Below are positions 53,646-64,000 of a stretch of DNA of 64,000 bases, piece by piece. Each line of letters begins with the position of its first letter. The stretch's first letter is position 1. The stretch spans positions 80,662,001 through 80,726,000 of the forward strand of contig OX597820.1 of assembly GCA_951406725.2 (NCBI GenBank). The letters are read 5' to 3'. Made by a program: the position numbers and the translations under genes. A model generated the notes under the pieces. That model saw nothing but the letters and a program-made list of their open reading frames with translations, did no database searches and had not been told where the DNA came from. This stretch comes from Octopus vulgaris. Lineage: Eukaryota.

Positions 53646-54810
53646 CATCTGTTCTCTTGTAAAGGTTTTTTTTTATATCTATGTCAAAATACTTTTAATA
53701 GTACACAATAGTGATCGCCTTTGTCAAATTTTGCTTTTGGGCTTTTTGTAGTCTTTAGAAAGTTGATTTGGTGGTGCTGGATGGTGCTATGTGGAATGAT
53801 AATTAGCTAAGGCAATGAAAATTTGCGCACTATAGGCAAACCGTGGAAAGACTTGTGTAGGAAGAGGAGAATGGAGAGGAATGTTTATAGGGCATGCGTT
53901 GGTACTAATAATTGTGTTGTATAATAAAACATGTGAAATTCAGGTTTCTCAAATTTAGGTTACGGCATTCTTTCTATAGACAGTTGTTTTTTATTGAGTT
54001 AAATTTCACGAAGGAATGCTTTTAGTTAAATTCGTTGGTCACTCAAACTGAGGTTGAATTGATATTCTCTTAGATTTAAAAAACAAAATTCTACGTGGGT
54101 GTTTTGGAAACAATAAAAACGGGGGAGTCATTTCGCTGTAAATAGTTACTGCATTTTTTCTTGTCTGTGTTTCGCGTGTTTTTTTGTATTTATTTATTAT
54201 GCTATCGTAGGACAATGCATATAGGTAATTCCATACGTTACTTATGTAACTAGAAGAATGTATAAGGACTATGCATTTTCCATAAGTATATCTATTTACG
54301 AGTTCTACATGTACAAATAATATATAAATAACAATATATAAATATAGCAATACGCAATACATATAAACGTTAACCGACAGATACCTTGGCCATATACGCG
54401 TCTTATATACATACATACATACATACACACACATGTATATGAGACGAAACATACACAGTGTTGACAAGTCACAAAAATGACGAAACACCGATGTCTATCG
54501 CTCCTGAATGGGATCTAGTGTGAGTTAACTCGCTTGTCTTTGACTTCCAGGTGTTTTAACACTAGTTGCATTAAAGAGAACATATTTTCTTACGCTTATA
54601 AGCGCAGCCTACCCACGAGCCAGCAAAATAGATAGGTTGTGTATATGTGCTCGATATATATATATACATATGGATCAAAACATATGGATCAAATTCAAAT
54701 TTGTTGGTACTCTTGAGTTTCAAGCGTGGTGCTAGTCGTCAGCCATTTTGAAATACCAACGAATTTTAATCAAACTGTTTTGATCCTTACATGTCGTTTG
54801 TACACTCACT

Positions 54811-54902
<92 letters not shown>

Positions 54903-55310
54903 TTTAGGATTGAAGTGAATTTGATCCTTAAATAGAAAGCAGCGAAGTAAAGATGGGTTTATATTCCAGTTGCAAGTACGATCACAACCGTTCGACTGAA
55001 TATGCTACGTGTCTCAAGGCTGCACCTATGTACACAAACTGTAGCAATTGTACCGCGCTCAATAGACTCAGATCCATGCTAATTGCAGATTCCGAGTAAG
55101 GTGAATAATAACTAGAAACTCTGGCCGAAGTTCGCCAGAAAATCATGAAATGCCACATATTTGAATTCGTAGAATATTTTTTAAAATGTCTAATTCGTGC
55201 AAAAATTCACCTGATGAAAGCGGTTTTTTTCGCATGATATAATAACTCTATTTATCAATAAAAGATGTAGTGAGTGAACCACTACCTATCTGCTGTTGTT
55301 CGGTTAAACA

Positions 55311-55391
<81 letters not shown>

Positions 55392-55525
55392 GAAATACCT
55401 AAAAGTAACCGGAAACATTATCTGTGAGGCAAGCGTATTGTAGTTCAGGCTTACGCCGCTAGAAGTCACTTCATGCAACCCTCAGGCATCAATCTGCCAA
55501 CCAATAGTAGTATATTATATATACA

Positions 55526-55607
<82 letters not shown>

Positions 55608-58296
55608 ATGTGGTCTTTGGAGGTCTTCCTAAGCTGGTGAGATTGATGCAGTTAATACCCAGTCTGAAAAGAAAAACGTGAAAATAGAGGGACTAGAATC
55701 CAGGCTCAATGGTCGCAACAGTGATTTCTAGTAATTACACGAAATAACCAGGCAATGCTGTCATTTAGTTGCAGTAGAAACTTGACCCAGCAAACCGGCG
55801 ATCAACAGTAATTATATTATCTAGTAGTTAGTTTAATACAGTCTTTAAGACATTTTACATTTACTCAGTGTCTCTTTCATTACTATTTCCAGTACAATGC
55901 ATAGGATGCTTGACATAAAAACGGAGACCTGCACAGAATTTCCTTCCGTTCTTACCGAAATCCAATCATTTCTGCACGTACGGAATTCGTACGTGCCAGA
56001 AAGTGTAACGAATATTGATATTAGTTATAGCGTTTATCTTTTACTTATTTCAGTCATTGGACAGTGGTCATGCTGGAGCACCAATGTTGATATTTACCTA
56101 TAATATAATTACTTCATATTAGCATTTTAATGTTCTCTTTATTGAAGATAACTTACTGATGTCTCGATATGTTTATTTGGTATAATATGTTTTAGATTTT
56201 GTAGCTTTGTGTCAAGTATTTTCACCCTCCATCCTAGCAAAAACTAAAGTACACGTGTTGTTTGCGATAAACATTGACATTACTCGAAGCCCACAGGACT
56301 TACATGTACTGTGGGAATATGATTTTCTTGTTCATGATTCACTTCTTTTCATTCGCCATTACTTATAACACTTAGAATGCAGAGAAAATCTGTTCTACTA
56401 TATTTTTAGTATTCTTCACTCACACACTCAATAACACAGAGCCCTCCCTCACACACACACATGCGCTCACAATAACATACAGCTACACATTTCCCACGAG
56501 GCAGAAAAGGCGAAGAAAGAGGGGTGGCTACTAAGTGAAAGAGAATTAGTTTCGGGTAGGAAGGGTGGGCAAATTTAGTTAGGTAGAGATTTAAAGACAT
56601 AGATAAGGCCTTCATTGTGACAGCGGAACCGATAATAAAGTATTTCAGTGGATAACTGAATGAGTCATATTAAAAATTCAGGATGAGTACATGCTTAGAT
56701 AAGTCAGTACGCAAGCAGCGAAGAAGATAGATAGTTGATATTCACAAATATGATTGCGTATATATGCCCCACAGAGAGAGAAAGAGAGAGAGAGAGAGAG
56801 AGGAGTAAAGGAGAGAAAGAGAAAATGTTTTAGCCAGGTAGCTCACAGACACCCCAGCCTTTAGATAAAGAGACCGAACCCAAATAGTGGTTATCAACAA
56901 CACTGAAGTATGATGCAAGTGTGTGTGTGTGTCTGTGTCTGTGTGTGTGGTGAATGAGGACAAGCACTGTCAACGCTACTACCTCAAGTTAACGAAGGGA
57001 CTTATATCTGGTAGCACGACCGGCTAGAAATTGCTGTCAAATCGCCCTCGACTCGCACAATCAAGTAACACATCGGACAACATCGTCTTAAAGACAGTAC
57101 TAAGCTAGCTACTAGATAAGATAATTACTGTTGATCGTCGGATTGCTGGGTCTAGTTTGCACTGGAGCTAAATGACAGAACTGCCTGGTTATTTCGTACA
57201 TTTACTAGAAATCACTCTGTTGCGGTCATTGAACCTAGATTCTGGTCCCTCTGCTTCCATATTTTTCTTTTCAAACTTGGTATTAGCAGTATCAATCTCA
57301 CCAACTTAGGAAGACCTCCAAAGGCCATGGATACTGTTTATCCTCCTTTACTAAACCTATTTAAAGATAAATGAACGTGCGTGCATGACAAATAAACAAA
57401 GTGAGAACGGAATACGAGACGATATGTGAGTGTGGGGGAAATTGAGAGTTGTGTGTGTTGAATGAAAGTGGGAGAGACGGCAAAAGAAATTGTGATATAC
57501 ATGTGAGAAAAAAGTAGGTACCATAAATAGAAAAAAGTTTTTAAATCCTCAGGGGAATTTGAACTTAGAACGTAAAGCCAGGAGAAATGTCGCTCAGCTT
57601 TTTGCATGGTGTGCCGACGATTCCGAAGGCTCACTGCTTTGCAGATGTCGATCATTATCTTGAATTAGGAAGAATGTATCTACCTCGAAACTGAATGGGA
57701 GAAGTGAAGACAACTAGAACATTGGCAAATCTGAAAAGTGGAAAAGAGCGTTGAAAATTCGAAAATTTGAAAATCAACAATTGCCAGTTTCCTAATGGCC
57801 ACAACTTGTTTTTACAAGGCAGTACTTATTAAAGGCTATGTGAACTAGGCCATTGAATAGTTATTAAGCAAACGCACACACATTTATATATGTCGATACA
57901 TACACACCTACGTATATATTTCTTATATATATATATATATATATATATACACGAGAGAAGATTTTTTTCTTACAAAAGTCTATTATAAGTTTTTTCTACT
58001 TTGTAAGAGTTTAGAACCTTCGAGTAATGAAGCAATGTTTTTGCTTTTTAACGGTGAACCTCAAAGTACATAAAGTTTATAGAATACAGGGTTTAAAAAT
58101 ATCTTGGACGGAAAGAAGTTGAAAGCTGTCTCAGGGATTCGAACACTTATCTACTGCAAACATAAATGACATTCTAACCATTATACTAAAGCAACACTTC
58201 GAATTTCTTCCGTCAATGATGGGTCGAAACATATGTTGTACCTAATGAAAGTCTATGAAATCCATCTCCTACTATTAATTAACACTATATATAATT

Positions 58297-58397
58297 GTCA
58301 CTAATTGTGACTGAGGGTGTTGAATAGCACCTATATTGCAAGTAATAAAACCCTTAATGCTGGAGGAAGTGCACAATATATACACACTGACAGGGTG

Positions 58398-58428
<31 letters not shown>

Positions 58429-58661
58429 GCACTTCGTAGAGCATTAAGGGTTTTAATTCTTATTTCTTGCAATATAGGTGCTATAAGCATCCTCAGTCAC
58501 AATTTAGTGATTTACCAAACGAGAATAGTTACCAGAATCTACCAACTTATTGTTAACTTGGATATCACTAAAGGACCGTTGTAATTAACCAGCACCTGAA
58601 AACGATTTAATATATATATATATATATATATAGATATACACACACACATACATATATATAT

Positions 58662-58741
<80 letters not shown>

Positions 58742-59128
58742 TCGTTTTCAGGTGCTGGTTAATTACAACGGTCCTTAAGTGATATCCAAGTTAACAATAA
58801 GTTGGTAGATTCTGGTAACTATTCTCGTTTGGTAAATCTGAGTGTCCTATTCGAAACTGCATATTTTGCGTAGAGTAAGTTATAGTATAAATAATGATAA
58901 GGAGTACGGAGATTTTTCACATCTATAATTTTATTAAACATTTATTTATAGTATTCTTTTCTCGACCTACGCGCGTTTCAACTGCACACTGTTAGATATG
59001 CATCCTGGTGTCACTGTCGGTACAGTTTCATCAGGGTCCTTATTTACTGCAGTTTCGGAGTAAAACTGAAGGAATTAGCGAGCCTAACGAATAAAGTGTT
59101 TTTAAAGAGGTATGGTTGTTACTATAAG

Positions 59129-59159
<31 letters not shown>

Positions 59160-59254
59160 CATCTAGACCATAAAGGGAAAATTTAATCGTCACTAAATTG
59201 TGACTGGGGGTGCTTATAGCACCTATATTGCAAGAAATAAGAGTTAAAACCTTA

Positions 59255-59256
<2 letters not shown>
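58297..59256. mobile_element. Nested inverted copies of a hammerhead-bearing element around (TA)n
   Basis: 58511-58610 is the reverse complement of 58737-58837. 58441-58510 is the reverse complement of both 58297-58370 and 59189-59256. Confidence 0.85.
58964..59038 (-). ncRNA. Intact type I hammerhead ribozyme
   Basis: GACC-CTGATGA-AACTGTAC-[loop]-GTGCAGTT-GAAA-CGCGCG-TA-GGTC. Full core, 4-bp stem I, 8-bp stem II, palindromic stem III and a GUA cleavage triplet. Confidence 0.88.
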
Positions 59257-59308
<52 letters not shown>

Positions 59309-60634
59309 TTTCCTCATTTCTCTTTAGAGGAATAAAGCTAAGGAGTGTTGACTGAAATTCCTTTTTTTTATGAGTCATCTGCTACTTCCCAGAACACACA
59401 GAATACATAAGGGAAATAGAATTTTGTTACGATTTATTACGATTAACTTATTTGAAAGTAAGATAATGTTACATACAGTGACATAGTACCGTGTATGCAC
59501 TGATATATTACGTGATACAGACGATAACATTAGGAGATACAAACGATGACCTCTCGCGACATACAAATGAGGATGTATTGTGATGCACAAGCAATGATGT
59601 TTGCGGTATACACAGGATGTTTGTACTTTGCAGGCGGTGATGTAATATGACATACAAAGTCGTATTGCACCGTACAAGTGATGACATATTGTATCATAAA
59701 GAAGATAAGATATAACGACGTATCTTTTTTTTAAAAAAATAGCAATTTTAATTTATTCAAATTTAGGCACAAGGCCAACAGTGTTAAGGAGATTTAAATC
59801 AGCCGTAGTACTCGACTAGTACTTTCTCTTACCAAACTTGAAAGGTGAAAGGTAAAGTTGACCTCAGTGGGATCTGGATTTAGTACAAGAACCGGAACAA
59901 AAACCGCCAGGCATTTGCGATAAATATTAGAAAAATACGGCACTTAGCTATGTCCCTTTACACTCTGATTTTAAACCTGGGGCCCGAGTCATCTTTGCCT
60001 CTTAAGGTCTACCGATGTCTATAAAATAAGTACCAGTCAGATGCTGGACTTGATATAACCGACTATATAGTGGAAACAAGTGCGCCAACATAGCCTTTAT
60101 TCAATGATAGCTATAAAATTAAAAGAGTATATATGTTGTAAATAACATGTGCATCTATTTTCTCTCACTCAAAAATATATTACAGACAAATATATTACAG
60201 TGTGAGTGTGAAGATCTGTTGGAAGTCGAAGCTGAGACAATGATTCGGTCTTGAATCTCATTTATTTCTTATAACCTCCAAAGCCATAGCATATGTCAAT
60301 ATTTTGTTTGAAAGACAGCCACTTTAATCGATACCAATACATAGCCAGTACATTGTCGTCGTTCTTTCACCCAAGGTCAAACCGGATCGGTAAACCTCTG
60401 ATCAAATACGTTTTGCTTTGACTATATCATGTTTTTGTATATTAAGCATCAATTTATCAACCAACCCCTTTCATTAAAAAGAAGTATGGTGCAATTTTAG
60501 GGAATATGGTTGCTATTTCTAGCTGACCGAGTGATTAAGTAGACGTTAGTATTTTAACTTAGAACATAAAAATATTTATTGAACCACACTCAAACAATTT
60601 CTTCTTCACTCTTTCTTTCGATTCCTTTTTGTAT

Positions 60635-60793
<159 letters not shown>

Positions 60794-61120
60794 TTAATAA
60801 ATAAAACATATGCATATATATATACATATATGTACGTACCTACCTCTACATGTATATATACACGCATATATGAGTACAGAACACCAAAAAACGTCGAACA
60901 CAATGAGAAACGAAAACATAGACACAAACCCAAGGAACTGGACATTTTTCTTAAACAACAACAAAAAATAGAGTACAGGACAAATAACACAAGGAAAAAA
61001 ACCCTTCTTCTGTCGCCATGGTTTCATCTACTCTACGTTTCGAAGGTGAATATAGGATAAAATTTTTCGAAAAAAATTCTATCAATGGCCAGCATATTAA
61101 AAAAATACCTTTAAAGGTTA

Positions 61121-62410
61121 CGAGGGGCGTTCAATAAGTAATGCCCCTGATCAACTTCCCATAGCAGTAGAGCAACGAAACTTGGCACAGTTATTAGTCT
61201 TTTTCTACATAGGAATCACCCAGAGTTACGCATTTCTCCCATTGTTTGATGCAGCTCTGGAGACTGTTTTCGTAGAAGACCCCAGTTTGGTCCTCCAACC
61301 ACGACGTGACTTCAGAAATCAAGGCTGCATCATCTGGGAAACGCTTTCCTTTCAAAAACAACTTCATGGCTGGGAAGAGGTGAAAATCAGAGGGTGCAAG
61401 GTCAGGAGAGTAGGGGGATGGGGAAGAGTTCATAGCCGCACGCCTGTGCTTCTGATCTGGCGACATGCGAGTTGTGGACCGGAGCGTTGTCCTGCAGGAG
61501 GAGGATGCATTTGCTGATCTTGCCCCGCCTCTTGGTTTTGATAGCTTCTCTTAATTTCCTCAAAAGTGAAGCATGATAGGCTCCTGTAATTGTGGAACCC
61601 TTTGCCAGGAAATCTGTCATCACTACTCCGTCCTGGTCCCAGAAGACTGTGAGCATGACTTTGCCAGCGGAGAGCTGCACCCTTGCCTTCTTTGGAGGAG
61701 GTGAGCCATGGTGCTTCCACTGCATTGACTGAGCTTTGGTCTCTGGATCATAGTGATGGACCCAGGTCTCATCCTGTGTAATAAGACTTTTGAAAAATTT
61801 TGACTCATCTTCTTGGCACATCCCTAAATTCATCCTCGAGCACTCGACGCGTTCTTGCTTCTGGAAAAGTGTGAGCAACCTGGGAATCCATCTGGCAGAC
61901 ACCTTTTGCATATGCAAATGGTCATGAATGATAGTTTCCACAGACCCGGTACTAATCTTGAACTCATGGGCTATTTGGCGAATAGTTATGCGTCGATCTT
62001 TCAAAATGGCAGCCTCAACTTGACGGACAGATGCCTCATCAATGGCAGAAGGGGTGCGATCAGATGTGGGAGCTGTTTCCACAGAGTTCCGACCATGTTT
62101 GAATTCACGATGCCAGCGTTTTACAAGGTCATATGATGGGGCATCATCACCATAAGTTACTTTCATTTCATCAAAAGTCTCCTGTGGTGTGCGTCATTTC
62201 AAATACAAAAACCGGATCACTGCTCGACACTCAACAGGCTCCATTTCCCACTTGACTCATTTCAAACACCTGTAATCAGAAACCACAATTAGTTCGGAGC
62301 TGTAATTTGCCACGTAATTTATAGAAATATAAATAATTGCACATGCAAAATTTCAGCTAGATCAAACAACGGCAAGTGGGTCAGAGGCATTACTTATTGA
62401 ACGCCCCTCG
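61121..62410 (-). mobile_element. Full-length mariner transposon (1290 bp)
   Basis: 30-bp TIRs CGAGGGGCGTTCAATAAGTAATGCC(C/T)CTGA, with TA target duplication at 61119-61120 and 62411-62412. Confidence 0.96.
61194..62244 (-). pseudogene. Mariner D,D34D transposase, disabled
   Basis: MEPVECRAVIRFLYLK* (stop at 62194-62196), WIPRLL, TQDETW, LQDNAPVH, a frameshift at ~61420, then YSPDLAPSDFHLF. Confidence 0.93.
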
Positions 62411-62625
62411 TAAATTTATAAACAACTTATAAACAAGGGCAAAACAAAAAAATTTCTAATGCCAAATATGCCGAAAATAGACACTTCGTCAATAACCATA
62501 TAATTCATCACTACAAGTACGCGTCTCGAAGAAAGCCGACAGAAATTTCTAAAAAATTCCGTTATTACCATATCGGACCCGATTTATAAGTTATATATAT
62601 ATATAACTTATAAATATATATATAA

Positions 62626-62686
<61 letters not shown>

Positions 62687-62785
62687 CGAATACCAGATGT
62701 AGAGCAATATGCTAAAGCACAAAACTGTTTGACGAACGGGGACGAGTAACAGTTATTGTGATATTTTTGCTGCTTTTCAATAAAG

Positions 62786-62860
<75 letters not shown>

Positions 62861-62862
<2 letters not shown>

Positions 62863-63046
62863 CGCCATGATAGATCGTTAGCCACTACACACATTTTTTT
62901 CTCTCCTTGTTTTTTCTGTGTCCCTTTCTGTAGAAGAGCGTAGGCTCGAAACATAAAAGACTTTTTCTATTCCTGAGCGTTATACTAATACATCTGTTTT
63001 TTTGTACACCACCTGTCTTCGTCTTTTTTTTTCGTAAACTCCCCCT
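62861..63046 (+). mobile_element. ~190-bp hammerhead-bearing element in (TA)n; motif at 62924-62959
   Basis: CTTT-CTGTAGA-A-GAGC-GTAG-GCTC-GAAA-CA-TA-AAAG. Sister copy at 28172-28377. Confidence 0.8.
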
Positions 63047-64000
63047 ATATATATATGGAGAGAGAAAGAGAGGGTTGGATTAAGATCATGGAACACTTAA
63101 AAGATGTCTCCATATATGTGTAATTCACAATCTAAAGAATAATAATAAACCATAAAATAAATATTTACTTTTCAAAATGAAACAAAACTAACACTAACAT
63201 GGAAAATGATGTTTATTTTTGTATACTTGCACAGAAGGTCTAGGAAAATGAGTACGTGGGGGTGAAATAAGTAGTTTTTGATTTTTCTCCTTAATTTTCT
63301 CCTTAATTGTCTGAAACATTGCAAGTGTTGCACCATCATTTTGTACAGCTGCTTCATCTTTAGGAGTAAAAATTGGTCGGCATATCTGTTGTTGAAGTCG
63401 AAGTGACAGGTACTTTCTTTTTCAAGAAATTTCTCCTTAGAAAATAAAGAAAGTGGGGCAAAATGGAGAAAATTACCGATTACAACAATTGCTTCTCTAC
63501 GACTGCATGGTGCCTGCATAAAAGAAAGCCACTCCAGCAAATTGTGAAGAGGTTATATAGAATATTTTGTATTGAGGTTTTAGATTTAGTCGAGTTTCGT
63601 TAATTTCATGTCATATGCCATTTTTCCATGATCCTCTTTCATTTGTCCTAGATATTTTAAATTGTTGTTGCATTTCTGATCTTTCTGATGTCTGAGGATG
63701 AATATTGATACGTATGAGTTTTTTCCAAATGTAATTCTGGAAAACCGAAGTGGCAAATATACCTTATTTTGTCATACTCATATTGCCCGTCTAAATTAGT
63801 CTTTTCTATGTTCAAAGAGAACAGAGATAATTTTCTGAAATAGTGTTCTGAATATGTTACAGTGTTTTTAACGCATGTAGGTAAGGTTGTTTGCTTTTTA
63901 TAAGGTAGTGAACATTTGTAAAAATTATATTTTTTCTTAATCAAAAATGCAGTAAATATTACTCGTTGTACACCACGTACCTATATATTTGATAAGTTAT

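Noticed and set aside
63172-63944. Minus-strand ORFs with faint PolB-like (FDFNNRY) or MULE-like (HPHVLIFL) words
   Set aside because: The matches are too short to assign without a profile search.

Overview
AT-rich, microsatellite-saturated eukaryotic intergenic or intronic DNA, most likely from an octopus (coleoid cephalopod). The attribution rests on my recognition of its tRNA-derived SINE families and is not database-verified. No host protein-coding gene can be supported, and most ORF-track entries are microsatellite translations. The window holds decayed LINEs (RTE, CR1-like, R4/Dong, HERO-like), Penelope-like element (PLE) remnants, mariner, Chapaev3-like and Merlin-like DNA elements, and many SINEs. 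The main hidden signal is about a dozen type I hammerhead ribozyme motifs from several sequence families, mostly in short elements lodged in (TA)n or (TG)n tracts. They include one textbook-intact copy (58964-59038, minus) and a two-copy family with a compensatory G3-C8 core swap. Also notable are a tail-to-tail pair of gag/ORF1-only retroelements, a 509-bp palindrome, a tetrameric SINE inside one TSD and a two-segment templated insertion.
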